In this document: positions 51,225 through 60,926 of the stretch, piece after piece
How positions within the stretch are numbered: position 1 is the first letter of the stretch
Layout: every line of letters begins with the position of its first letter
Translations under genes and position numbers: made by a program
The notes under the pieces: generated by a model
Seen by the model: the letters and a program-made list of their open reading frames with translations, nothing else
What the model was told of the DNA's origin: nothing
The model's database searches: none
Assembly (NCBI GenBank): GCA_963717145.1
Contig: OY970325.1
Coordinates: forward strand, 2,816,001 to 2,880,000
Direction of reading: 5' to 3'
From: an uncultured Armatimonadetes bacterium
GTDB taxonomy: Bacteria > Armatimonadota > UBA5829 > DTJY01
DNA length: 64,000 nt

Positions 51225-52070
51225 ATGCACGGAACCATCATCAAGAATGTGGCGGCGATGTACAAAGAGGCGACGCGCGACTGCGAGCAGGTGAGCCAGG
51301 CGATCATGGGGCAGCCGGTCGAGATCGAGAAGGAGGACGGCAACTGGCTCTACATCCGCACGTGGGATACGTATCACGGCTGGATCGAGAGCCGCTGGGT
51401 ACAACGGGGCGAGTGGAATCCGGCGCAGATCGCCACGGTCGTGACGCAGTTCAGCTTTGCATACAAAGCCCCCGATGCCGGGTCGCTGCATCACACCATC
51501 CTCGTCATCACCGGTGTGATGGAGGCACTCGGAACCGGGCAGGACCGCGGTCTCGCAACCGATAGTGCCGATGAGAAACACCATGGGAAGTTCACACGCG
51601 TTCGGCTGCCTGATGGACGTGAGGCGTGGGTGCCGTCGTCCGATGTCGCGATCACTCCCGCGGGCGACCAGGTCCTCCCGCTCGGGGCGATCGGCGCGGA
51701 GTTGATCAAGACCGGGCGGCGGTTCCTCGGGGTGCCGTATCTCTGGGGCGGTTGCAGTCCGTTCGGGATCGACTGCTCCGGGTTCGTTCAGTTGTGCTAC
51801 AAGCTCAACGGCGTGCAGCTTCTCCGTGACGCCGACATCCAGGCGCACGACCCGCGCGCGATCCCTGTCGAGAAGGCCGATCTCGTCGCGGGCGACATGG
51901 TCTTCTTCGCGGGCGGCCAGGATAAGACGCGGATCACGCACATCGGGATGGCGATCGGCGACGGAACCTTCATCCACTCCGCCGGCGGCGCAGGCGTCTC
52001 GATCAACAACCTGACCGACGTACCCTTCGAAGCCAACTACTGGGGAGCCCGCCGCATGCCGGGGGTCTAG
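51225..52070 (+). CDS. NlpC/P60 (C40) peptidase with SH3-like domains (YkfC-like)
   Basis: GAGGAGG RBS; LGVPYLWGG, GIDCSGFVQ, HIGM, FIHS. Confidence 0.93.
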   Translation: MHGTIIKNVAAMYKEATRDCEQVSQAIMGQPVEIEKEDGNWLYIRTWDTYHGWIESRWVQRGEWNPAQIATVVTQFSFAYKAPDAGSLHHTILVITGVMEALGTGQDRGLATDSADEKHHGKFTRVRLPDGREAWVPSSDVAITPAGDQVLPLGAIGAELIKTGRRFLGVPYLWGGCSPFGIDCSGFVQLCYKLNGVQLLRDADIQAHDPRAIPVEKADLVAGDMVFFAGGQDKTRITHIGMAIGDGTFIHSAGGAGVSINNLTDVPFEANYWGARRMPGV

Positions 52071-52094
52071 GGCACGGGAGGTACCTCTTCGCTG

Positions 52095-52124
52095 TTGACT
52101 GCATGCCATCAGTTGCAGTAAGAT
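52095..52124 (+). promoter_or_regulatory. Sigma70-type promoter of mod-res
   Basis: TTGACT-N18-TAAGAT. Confidence 0.5.
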
Positions 52125-52216
52125 AGCGATACCATCCACCATCCATCCCAGGAGACCGCCGACATGCCGGAACATGAAGCTGAATGGAAGGACTGGAAGC
52201 CAGCTATGGAGAGAGC

Positions 52217-54139
52217 ATGAAGAGCAACTACGATCATCTATCCAAAGAGGACCTGGTCGCTCAGCTTATCAAACGGGATTCGGAGCGAAAGCTGGGCTTG
52301 GTGTGGGAACGTGATCAGATCGAACACGAGCGTGCCCTGAACAATGATTTCGTGGCATTGGATCTTGTCCCGGAGCTCTCGGTGGGCGTTGCCCCATACC
52401 CGGACCTTCTTATCGAAGGCGACAACTTCGATGCCCTTCGGTACCTCCACATTGCATACAAAGGCCGGGTCAAGTGCATCTACATCGACCCTCCGTACAA
52501 CACGGGCAAGAATGATTTCATCTACAACGATAAGTTTGTCGATGAGGAAGACTCCTTCCGGCACTCGAAATGGCTGGAGTATCTCTTCCGGCGTCTCGAC
52601 CTAGCCAAAGACCTGCTGACGGACGATGGTGTGATCTTCGTGTCCATCGGCGAGACGGAGTATGCCAACCTTTCCCTCCTGATGGAGCAGATCCTCCCAG
52701 GCATGCGAGTCGGCACGTTTGTTTGGCGGCGTAGGAGTGGCGCAAACGACGCCAAGGAGTGGTTTCTGAGTGTCGATCACGAGTATGTGCTCTGTTATGC
52801 GAACAAAGGCTTCTCCTTCGCAGGCCAGGCGAAGAACCTGGGTGCGTACAGCAACCCGGACAACGACGAGCGAGGCGACTGGAACAACGACAATCTCGTC
52901 CAGGGGAAGAACTACAAGCAACGCCCCGACGCTTACTACTCCATGGTCAACCCGGAAACAGGTGTCTGGTACCCATGCGACCTGGACAACACTTGGCGTT
53001 TCGCCACCGAGGCACGGCTTCAGAATGGTAAGAAGATACGGACCAAGCCTATGGAGCAGATCATCGCAGAGAAGAGAGTTCTCTGGCCCAACGATGAGGA
53101 GACTGTTGTCTACAACACTGTGGCGGAACTGAAGCGGGCCATTGATGAGGGGAATGCCCCCAAGAACCTTCGAGTCTACCTGACTCTTGATGAGCTTCGC
53201 GAGCAGGTTGAGGCAAAGCAAGCTCCTGAGAGACTCCTTGGCTATATCGAGCCTCTGGAGAACTGGGTCGGTCGCGAGATCGGCTACGGCAAACCGCGCT
53301 ACAAGCGATTCCTCTGCGATCTGAAACGCACCGAGAGACCCGTGTCGACCTGGGTCCTTCCTTCATCCATCAAGAAGGAAGACTTGGAGATGCTCGACCT
53401 CGGCGAGGTCGAGGCTTTTCAGGTTGGGTTTACGAGTGAAGGGACAACGCTGCTGAACCAGATGATCGGCAACAAGGATTTCTCCTATCCCAAGCCCCTA
53501 AGCCTTCTAAAGTCGCTCATCGCCCAAGCCACGGATGCTGAATCGGGTCACATAGTGCTGGACTTCTTTGCGGGGAGTGGGACTACCGCACACGCGGTGA
53601 TGGCCTGTAATGACGAGGATGGCGGTAATCGGTCGTATATTCTGGTTTCGTCTACCGAGTCCACCGAAAAGGAACCGGATAAGAACGTCTGTCGGGATAT
53701 CACCACGAACCGTCTGCGAGCTGCGATAGACGGGTATTCGTATAGGGCACCGAAGGGAACTGTGGCCGTCGAGGGGCTTGGCGGCGAGTTCGCCTATCTA
53801 CGGACTCGGCGGATACCATTCGAGTCCCTCTACCTCGACATCCAGCATGATCAGATATGGTACGCATTGCAGCTCCTACACACCAGTGGCATTGCTCCGT
53901 ATGTCGCGCATGCGCCCTACCAGGAACGCGAAACAGATGCTGGGAATGTCGTCTACATTCCCGAACTCCAATCGCCCACGCTTGAGGCCATCCTGGAGAT
54001 AGCCAATGCCGCCCTCTCTCCGCTTGTGGTCTACACATGGCAGCCAGGACTGCTAACGCAGAGCATATACAACGAGCAAGTCTGCATCGAACCGATCCCT
54101 GAGTATCTTATCCAAAGGTTCGGGAGAAATGCGAGATGA
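52217..54139 (+). CDS. mod: Type III RM DNA methyltransferase (Mod)
   Basis: KLGLVWE, LLIEGDNFDAL, IYIDPPYNTG, YPKPLSLLK, VLDFFAGSGTTAHAV. Confidence 0.93.
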   Translation: MKSNYDHLSKEDLVAQLIKRDSERKLGLVWERDQIEHERALNNDFVALDLVPELSVGVAPYPDLLIEGDNFDALRYLHIAYKGRVKCIYIDPPYNTGKNDFIYNDKFVDEEDSFRHSKWLEYLFRRLDLAKDLLTDDGVIFVSIGETEYANLSLLMEQILPGMRVGTFVWRRRSGANDAKEWFLSVDHEYVLCYANKGFSFAGQAKNLGAYSNPDNDERGDWNNDNLVQGKNYKQRPDAYYSMVNPETGVWYPCDLDNTWRFATEARLQNGKKIRTKPMEQIIAEKRVLWPNDEETVVYNTVAELKRAIDEGNAPKNLRVYLTLDELREQVEAKQAPERLLGYIEPLENWVGREIGYGKPRYKRFLCDLKRTERPVSTWVLPSSIKKEDLEMLDLGEVEAFQVGFTSEGTTLLNQMIGNKDFSYPKPLSLLKSLIAQATDAESGHIVLDFFAGSGTTAHAVMACNDEDGGNRSYILVSSTESTEKEPDKNVCRDITTNRLRAAIDGYSYRAPKGTVAVEGLGGEFAYLRTRRIPFESLYLDIQHDQIWYALQLLHTSGIAPYVAHAPYQERETDAGNVVYIPELQSPTLEAILEIANAALSPLVVYTWQPGLLTQSIYNEQVCIEPIPEYLIQRFGRNAR

Positions 54140-56634
54140 GTAGCCAGACGCTTCCGAAGGCATTTCAGCAGGAGTGCATAGATAACGCGTTCAGTGTCCT
54201 CTCAACATGCTTGGACAACATCGACAAGATTGCTGGAACCCCGAATGAGCCTTCCAGCAGGGAGCTGATAGTTGCCCGCAGCGGCAGTCTGCTCTTTGAG
54301 GCCCCGACTGGCACAGGCAAGACCCTCATGGCAGGTAACACCGTCGAACTGTTGAGTCTCAAGTATGACATCGTCTGGTTCTGGTTTGCGCCGTTCGCAG
54401 GTCTGATCGGTCAGACTCGGAAATCGATCAGAGGCGAATTCAGAAACCTGCGGGTGAAGGACCCGACAACAGATAGGTATGTGGAAACCGCCAGGTCTGG
54501 AGATGTGTTTGTCACTACATGGCAGAGCGTAGCAGTGGCCAACAAGGCGAGCCGTAAGGTCCGGCAGGACTCAGAAACAATGCTTTCCATCGATGTGGCG
54601 ATCAGCCGACTAAGGTCTCTCGGCTTCCACATAGGGGTTGTCATCGACGAAGCCCATCACTCCTTCAGAGGCAATACGCAGGCATTCTCGTTCTACCAGG
54701 ATGTGCTCTCGCCAGATGTCACTATCCTGGCGACCGCCACCCCTCGTGACCGCGACATCGAGGAGTTTGTCACGAAGACCGGGATTGCTCATCTAAGCCG
54801 CATTTCAGTATCTCGGAGCAGAGCCGTTGAATCCGGGCTGATAAAGAAAGGTGTCAAGGTCGCCGTATTCAAGGCGACGCAGACTGGAGTTCAGAGTCTC
54901 ATCAACTTCAAGCGGACCGCGCTGCAGTGCGCCGTCACAACGCATAGCAAGCTGAAGCAGGAGCTATCGGATGCCGGGCACTCCGTCGTTCCACTCCTGT
55001 TGGTCCAGGTTGATTCTAGCCCTGGCAGCGTAGAGACCGCAGTGGATTGGCTTCGTGAACTTGGTTTCACCGGTGAGCACCAAGTGAGTACCCATACTGC
55101 AGACGAACCGGATCCCCACTTGCTGGCCCTGGCGCAGGATGAACGAGTGGAGGTCCTGGTTTTCAAGATGGCAGTGGCAACGGGATTTGACGCCCCTCGG
55201 GCGTTTGCTCTTGTTTCCATGCGAACATCGAGAGATGCTGACTTCGGCACTCAGATTGTTGGCCGTATCATGCGAGTCGACCGCAGGCTGCAGGGAGCCG
55301 CCGACCTCCCGGAAACCCTGCAGTATGGTTACGTCTTCCTGTCGGACAACGCATCGCAGGAAGGACTCACCACTGCGGCACAGCGCATGAATGCGGTCAG
55401 GGATGAGTTGGCGGACGTTACAGATAATGTGGCTGTTGTGACCGTCGGTGAAGAAGGCCCTACCGCACAGATGACAGGCAGGGACGGGCAGACGTATCTG
55501 TTCATCCCCGTTCGGCCGGATATCGGCGAGTCCACCGAGCAAGAGGGTCGATCAGGCACCCACGTGTCGCCTGAGGTCCAGATTCTCGAAGGCTTCAACT
55601 TGATCGGCACTACCCACGCAGACAACGGCAACGGGGGCTCAGTAACCACACCGGGGACCGTCGTGGTATCGCCCGGGCAATACCGCTATCCTCTTCGGAC
55701 CGATCTGTCGTTTCCCAGGCGATTCAGGCGCGCGATTGTATCCTCGGACCAGACGAACCTTCTAGATGAGGTCCTAAGCCTGTTCCGATTCGACGACGCG
55801 CTCGTCCACACCGCGCAGCAGATTTCGACCAAAATACTCATGGAGTTGCTAGAGATATTCGGCAACAAGTCTGACCGCCCAAAGGAGATCCAAGCGGCGC
55901 TTGCCCAGCGTGAGATCGGCATTCAGGCTCAGCTCACCTTGATCTCTTTCAACGAGGATGGCCTGCTCGATATCAGGGCGCTACATAGGGCGTTGGGTGA
56001 ACAACTCAACAGAGAGCTGGGCAATCGCGGATTGCCTCATTTGGAGGAGGGACAGCCGCTACGGGATGGCGTAGACAAGATCCTGGCGCTCCGTCCAGCC
56101 AGTCTCAAGGAGGCGATCGTTGAGGCAACAAGACGCCATGTTGAGAGCCAGGAAGCAGCGGACATTCCCGAGGACCTATGCAGCACAAGAGAACTCGCTC
56201 TATCGCGCTTCAACATCTACGGCGTGTATCCCGAGGGTCTGAACACCTGGGAGGTCGCATTCGGTGAGCTATTGGACGCGGACCTGTCCGGGACCGTTCT
56301 ATGGTGGCACCGGAACCCTTCACAGAAGCCATACTCAGTTTGTACGCCGCTACCGGGCCAGATTCGTCAGAACAACTACTACCCGGATTTTGTCGTTGGC
56401 ATCAAGGGCAGAGCCCGTCCGGATAATATCCTTCTCGTCGAGACTAAGCGGGTACTAAACGACGAAGAGGGCAACGCCAGGGCGAAAGCTCAGATCGAGC
56501 ACCCAGACTACAAGAAAGTCATGATGCTCTACTGGGAGCGGGAAGAGCGGTGGATGGTAGTGGAGTATGATGCCACACAGGATAGGAATGTCCCAGATCG
56601 TGTATGGAGGACTGGATTGATGGTTGCTTTCTAG
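54136..56634 (+). CDS. res: Type III RM restriction subunit (SF2 helicase plus PD-(D/E)XK nuclease)
   Basis: APTGTGKT, IDEAHH, TATP, GFDAPRA, QIVGRIMR, YYPDFVV...LVETK; ATGA overlap with mod. Confidence 0.88.
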   Translation: MSSQTLPKAFQQECIDNAFSVLSTCLDNIDKIAGTPNEPSSRELIVARSGSLLFEAPTGTGKTLMAGNTVELLSLKYDIVWFWFAPFAGLIGQTRKSIRGEFRNLRVKDPTTDRYVETARSGDVFVTTWQSVAVANKASRKVRQDSETMLSIDVAISRLRSLGFHIGVVIDEAHHSFRGNTQAFSFYQDVLSPDVTILATATPRDRDIEEFVTKTGIAHLSRISVSRSRAVESGLIKKGVKVAVFKATQTGVQSLINFKRTALQCAVTTHSKLKQELSDAGHSVVPLLLVQVDSSPGSVETAVDWLRELGFTGEHQVSTHTADEPDPHLLALAQDERVEVLVFKMAVATGFDAPRAFALVSMRTSRDADFGTQIVGRIMRVDRRLQGAADLPETLQYGYVFLSDNASQEGLTTAAQRMNAVRDELADVTDNVAVVTVGEEGPTAQMTGRDGQTYLFIPVRPDIGESTEQEGRSGTHVSPEVQILEGFNLIGTTHADNGNGGSVTTPGTVVVSPGQYRYPLRTDLSFPRRFRRAIVSSDQTNLLDEVLSLFRFDDALVHTAQQISTKILMELLEIFGNKSDRPKEIQAALAQREIGIQAQLTLISFNEDGLLDIRALHRALGEQLNRELGNRGLPHLEEGQPLRDGVDKILALRPASLKEAIVEATRRHVESQEAADIPEDLCSTRELALSRFNIYGVYPEGLNTWEVAFGELLDADLSGTVLWWHRNPSQKPYSVCTPLPGQIRQNNYYPDFVVGIKGRARPDNILLVETKRVLNDEEGNARAKAQIEHPDYKKVMMLYWEREERWMVVEYDATQDRNVPDRVWRTGLMVAF

Positions 56635-56666
56635 ATCGTTCATCGGAAGAGGCTCGACGTAGGGGA

Positions 56667-56782
56667 GCAGAGGGGGGCGCACCTACGAGCCCGCCTCCAT
56701 CCTCCTCGCCCGCATCCGCCAGGAACTCGCGGAGCAGGAAGCATCGAAGCCGAAGCGCGGGAAGGGCAGAAGCACATGCTAG
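56667..56782 (+). pseudogene. hsdS: 3' remnant of a type I hsdS gene
   Basis: 56681-56782 reads TYEPASILLARIRQELAEQEASKPKRGKGRSTC*, matching the HsdS C-terminal (D/Y)EPASxLLxRI tail; no start or upstream body. Confidence 0.65.
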
Positions 56783-56854
56783 CTGTATTGGCCCCGGTAG
56801 ACGGTGGGGAGAATTCGTCTCCATCTGAGCAGTTCGTTCATGAAGGGAGATAAC

Positions 56855-57304
56855 ATGGTCTGGCTTGAAATGTGGGCATTCGGTATGGCGTTTTTGACAC
56901 GTAGCGCGGTAACTGCAGGTATCGTCGCGCTAGTCGCCTATCTTATCTGGGCGAAGATCAAGGAGGACGCATCTCCCAAGAGCAGACACGGAACGGCCAT
57001 CTTCTTGGCAGCGTGGCTCGTGACCCTTGCCTTTATGGCCTTCGGCCAGGGGCGTACGCTCTTGGCAGCGCATTTCATCGATGGTACTTCCGCAGAGACT
57101 GTGGCTGCCTCTCTGCCAGCCGCACAGGCCCAGGCCTCCGGCATGGCGATCAGGCATGTGCTCCCTGCTGCCATAGTGTTTGGTCTTGTCGCCACGCCGC
57201 TTCGGCTGATCAGACGGCGATGGGTGCAATGGTTGGTCGCCATGGCCGCCTACGCCAGCCTATGCACCTACTTCGGCTTCCTGGATTCTCTCCTCGCGGC
57301 ATGA
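56855..57304 (+). CDS. Hypothetical membrane protein (about 4 TM)
   Basis: AAGGGAG RBS; hydrophobic helices. Confidence 0.7.
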   Translation: MVWLEMWAFGMAFLTRSAVTAGIVALVAYLIWAKIKEDASPKSRHGTAIFLAAWLVTLAFMAFGQGRTLLAAHFIDGTSAETVAASLPAAQAQASGMAIRHVLPAAIVFGLVATPLRLIRRRWVQWLVAMAAYASLCTYFGFLDSLLAA

Positions 57305-57360
57305 TTCGTAGTGACCCGCAAGCCGGCTGGTGAGAGCATCGTAGATAAGGGGCAAAGAGA

Positions 57361-58329
57361 ATGATAGTACCGAAACTCGGGCGGTTGGAGAATATCGACC
57401 TACGAAGCGTCTTCAACTCGGAGAGTCAGGCCTTTACGCCCTGGCTTGCTCAGAGCGAGAACCTCGCGCTGCTTGGCGAGCGCATCGGCCTCGCCCTCGA
57501 TCTTGAATGCACCGAAAAAGATGTCGGGCCGTTCAGGGCCGACATCCTCTGCAAGGATTCCTCCAGCGATGCGTGGGTGCTGATCGAGAACCAGATCGAG
57601 CGCACCGACCATGCCCACCTCGGGCAGCTTCTTACCTATGCCGCTGGTCTGGAGGCAATCACGATTGTCTGGGTCGCGCAGAAGTTCACTGAAGAACACC
57701 GCGCGGTCCTCGACTGGCTGAACGAGCGGACCGACGATAAGATCAACCTCTTCGGGCTCGAAGTGGAGCTGTGGCGAATCGGCGAGTCCGAAATCGCCCC
57801 CAGGTTCAATGTTGTCAGCAAACCGAACTACTGGACGAGATCGGTCAAGCAGGCTGCGGAGGGAAAGATCACCGAACATAAGCAACTACAACTCGACTTC
57901 TGGACAGCCTTCCGCGAATACATGGAGAAGAACAGCAAGATCAAGTGCCAGAAGCCCTCTCCACAGCACTGGATGAACCACGCCATCGGCACGAGCGGTG
58001 TGGGACTAAACTCGATCATATCAACCTGGAATTCCGAATCTGAGCGTTTCGACGATCCTGAACTTCGGGTTGAGCTCAGTCTTCACGATGCCGACGCGAA
58101 GGAGAGATTTGCCGCATTGGAGAGCAGGAAGTCCGAGATCGAGCAGAAACTCGGGATGTCGCTCACATGGCACAATCCGGAGGAGAAAAACTCCTGCCGT
58201 ATCTACACGCGCATCGACGGAGACTTCCGGAACCGGTCGCTCTGGCCCGAACATCACGCATGGCTTAGAGAGAACCTGGAAGCGTTCCAGAAGGTCTTCG
58301 CCCCGCTGGTCAAGAGCTTCCAGAAGTGA
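57361..58329 (+). CDS. DUF4268-like protein with N-terminal PD-(D/E)XK (NucS-like) nuclease domain
   Basis: FTPWLA, VGPFRADILC, VLIENQ, DHAHLGQLLTYAAG, LDFWTAF. Confidence 0.85.
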   Translation: MIVPKLGRLENIDLRSVFNSESQAFTPWLAQSENLALLGERIGLALDLECTEKDVGPFRADILCKDSSSDAWVLIENQIERTDHAHLGQLLTYAAGLEAITIVWVAQKFTEEHRAVLDWLNERTDDKINLFGLEVELWRIGESEIAPRFNVVSKPNYWTRSVKQAAEGKITEHKQLQLDFWTAFREYMEKNSKIKCQKPSPQHWMNHAIGTSGVGLNSIISTWNSESERFDDPELRVELSLHDADAKERFAALESRKSEIEQKLGMSLTWHNPEEKNSCRIYTRIDGDFRNRSLWPEHHAWLRENLEAFQKVFAPLVKSFQK

Positions 58330-58541
58330 TTCCGGCCCGCTCCCCCCATGTCCGGTCTCATGGGCGGGCGGGAAACGGGGGGAACGGCCTTCCTTGTTCG
58401 GTCATGTCGCCTCTTGATTGTGATCCCGCCGGAGTGCGCCGAGCAGGGCTAGCAAGTGCCGCATCACGTGCTAGCTTCTCGGAATCGGGTATGGTATACT
58501 GTCATTGAGAAGGGGGGCTGACCACACTGATTCACCCTGCA

Positions 58542-59522
58542 ATGCGCGACATCTATCAACGCCTAAGAGAGCAGAAGTTCGACGCCGCTTTCGTGAGGAA
58601 GTACATACTTCCTGAGTGGTGGGAGGACAAGCTTGCCGAGATTCCGGCGAACCGCCAGTACGCCGAAGCGGTCATATCTCGTCAACTCGGCATAGAGATG
58701 TCCAGCCTCAGAGACAAGGATGCGCCCCTCAAGTTCCGCCCGGCAGCGCAGTTCAAGCTGAAGAGCAGAGGCGGCGCGACCGCGAGCGATCTCAGGGTGG
58801 CCCGCATACTCGGGGAACGCATCGCGAAGATTGCGGCCTCCACGCTGGAGACGAAGCCCGACCTCGGCGATCTCGACGCCTCCTCCATCCGGCAGACGAT
58901 ACTCGCGTCCGGTGCGAAGTGGGTGGGCTTTCACGAACTCCTCGATTTCTGCTGGAGCATCGGCATTCCTGTGGTTCACCTGTGTGCAAAGCTGCCCACG
59001 GGAAACAAGAAGCCTGATGCAATGGCGGTCTGGACTGAAGAACGTCCGGTTATCGTCATCGCGTCCGGCAAGACGCACCCTGCCTGGCACATATTCATCA
59101 TCGCCCATGAACTAGGGCATATCGCGCTCGGCCATCTCTCGCAGGGGGAGGTCAGCATCGATTCGGCAGTGGAGTTCGACTCCGGTGTGAGAGAAGAGGC
59201 AGAGGCGAATGCATTTGCGGTCGAGCTTCTCAGCGGAGATCCCGATCTCCGTTTCAGCCCTCCACCGCGCAGGATCAATGCGCGCGGGTTGGCCGCAGTT
59301 GCCGTCTCGATCGGTGAGAAGCTCTGCATCGATCCCGGCTTTCTCATGCTCAGCTACTCTCGCAGCCAGGCCTTCTACCCGCTGGCCCAAGCCGGACTCA
59401 AGGTCCTGAGTTCGGAGGCGAATGCCTGTCGCCTGTACCAACAGCCATACGAACTACTGAGCATTGACGAGATGACCGAAGATAACCGGCATGTATTCGA
59501 GTGCCTCACGGAGGCCGCGTAG
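58542..59522 (+). CDS. ImmA/IrrE family zinc metallopeptidase
   Basis: FIIAHELGHIALGH (HExxH), EAEANAFAVELL. Confidence 0.88.
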   Translation: MRDIYQRLREQKFDAAFVRKYILPEWWEDKLAEIPANRQYAEAVISRQLGIEMSSLRDKDAPLKFRPAAQFKLKSRGGATASDLRVARILGERIAKIAASTLETKPDLGDLDASSIRQTILASGAKWVGFHELLDFCWSIGIPVVHLCAKLPTGNKKPDAMAVWTEERPVIVIASGKTHPAWHIFIIAHELGHIALGHLSQGEVSIDSAVEFDSGVREEAEANAFAVELLSGDPDLRFSPPPRRINARGLAAVAVSIGEKLCIDPGFLMLSYSRSQAFYPLAQAGLKVLSSEANACRLYQQPYELLSIDEMTEDNRHVFECLTEAA

Positions 59523-59527
59523 ACTCC

Positions 59528-60163
59528 GTGGGCGATCTCATCTTCGCGGATAACGATATCCTGCTGAAGCTTGCAGAGTACGACCTGCTGCAACACGCCT
59601 GCACTGCTCTATCTACCACTCCCTCCAGTATCAGATTCCAGCCCGCCACAAAGCATGTGATCCTCCACATGCGGGACAAGGCGATCAAGGGCAAGGAGTC
59701 GCCGTATTCCCAGAGGGCATTCGATCGGGCGATCGCCTTTGTCGAGAGCGCGTCCTACCCCACAGATCGCCCCAATATCGACTGGGCGGAGGGCAGCGAG
59801 GGTATCGACTTCGGCGAGGCGCAGTTGGCGAGTTGGGCGGTCGAGGCGGATGACAGCCTCCTCCTCACCGGCGACAAGCGCTTCATGAAGGCCCTGGCGG
59901 GTTCGCCCGCGGCGAGGCACATCTTCGATGGACTGCGTGGTCGAGTGGTATGTCTGGAAGAGATTCTGCGGGCGATTATGCGTACAGATGGAGTGGATTG
60001 CGTCCGCAAGGCGGTGAAGCATGCTCCGAAGTGCGACCAGGCGATAAGCTTCGTCTTCGGCAGCCGGTTCGATCTCCCGGACGAGCAGGTGTGGGATGGA
60101 ATCGACAACCTCCTGCGGGAGATCACGGCGATAGTCGGCGTCGGCTGGCTCAGGCGTATCTAG
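59528..60163 (+). CDS. PIN-domain protein (putative RNase toxin)
   Basis: ADNDILLKL, IDFGEAQL, LLTGDKRF acidic PIN motifs; immediately follows the peptidase gene. Confidence 0.72.
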   Translation: MGDLIFADNDILLKLAEYDLLQHACTALSTTPSSIRFQPATKHVILHMRDKAIKGKESPYSQRAFDRAIAFVESASYPTDRPNIDWAEGSEGIDFGEAQLASWAVEADDSLLLTGDKRFMKALAGSPAARHIFDGLRGRVVCLEEILRAIMRTDGVDCVRKAVKHAPKCDQAISFVFGSRFDLPDEQVWDGIDNLLREITAIVGVGWLRRI

Positions 60164-60227
60164 CCGTAGATGCCGGTCTTCGGTGATCAGTAGCCTGTGG
60201 GCCTGCGGGAGTCAGCCGGACGTGTCA

Positions 60228-60482
60228 CTTCCGCGGAAGTGACGCCTTGGTTCTGCAGTAAGTGCCCACCTCTTCTGCTGTCGGTGCCCACCTCTTCTGC
60301 TGCCGGTGCCCACCTCTTCTGCTGTCGGTGCCCACCACTTCTGCTGTCGAGGCCCACCACTTCTGCAGTCGGAGCCCTACTCTACTGCAGTCGGAGCCCT
60401 ACTCTACTGCTGCCGGAGACCATCACTTCTGCGGTCGATGCCCACCACTTCTGCAGTCGGTGACCATCACTTCCGCAGTCGG
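60228..60482. repeat. Degenerate tandem array of 22-bp units (10 full, plus one degenerate and one partial)
   Basis: cttctgctgtcggtgcccacct / cttctgctgccggtgcccacct / ... / cttctgcagtcggagccctact / cttctgcagtcggtgaccatca; exact 22-bp period from 60250. Confidence 0.92.
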
Positions 60483-60734
60483 AAGGCGTCCGGGAGTGAG
60501 CGGACGGTGTCCCGACGGTAGAGAGTACTGATTCCGGACTTAGTAATTCTAGGTTCAGCAACCGCAAATATACGGCTGGTACCCTGAGGTTACCGGGATG
60601 AACCGCCGACAATGATATACGGGCGGCTAATCTGTAACACAAGCCGCCCGAGGTTCTTGTGGGAGTTCACAGTCAAGGATAGCGGATGTCATTCTGAGCG
60701 GAGTACTGCGTCGCAAGCGCAGTTGTTTCCGCCG

Positions 60735-60838
60735 GAAGGAAACTCCCAACTGGGTGGGCGGGCGGGTACAAACTCCGGGAACCGGCCGCCGCATCCGGAG
60801 TTTGTACCCGCCCGCCCACCCAGTTGGGAGTTTCTTTC
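60735..60838. repeat. Palindrome family E, copy 2
   Basis: GAAACTCCCAACTGGGTGGGCGGGCGGGTACAAACTCCGG...CCGGAGTTTGTACCCGCCCGCCCACCCAGTTGGGAGTTTC. Confidence 0.92.
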
Positions 60839-60926
60839 TCGGGAGCGAATGACATCCGTGTGGACTCACAGGGATCCTGATCGATCTGTGTCGGAATGAC
60901 ACATCGGAGACACTGGAGGTGTCAGA

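Noticed and set aside
50201-56634. Complete BREX system
   Set aside because: Only a BrxA-like gene is present. The methyltransferase and helicase are type III Mod/Res-like, not PglX/BrxC/PglZ.
60228-60482. 22-bp (and the 24- and 42-bp) arrays as CRISPR arrays
   Set aside because: Units are contiguous degenerate copies without unique spacers, and there are no cas genes in the window.
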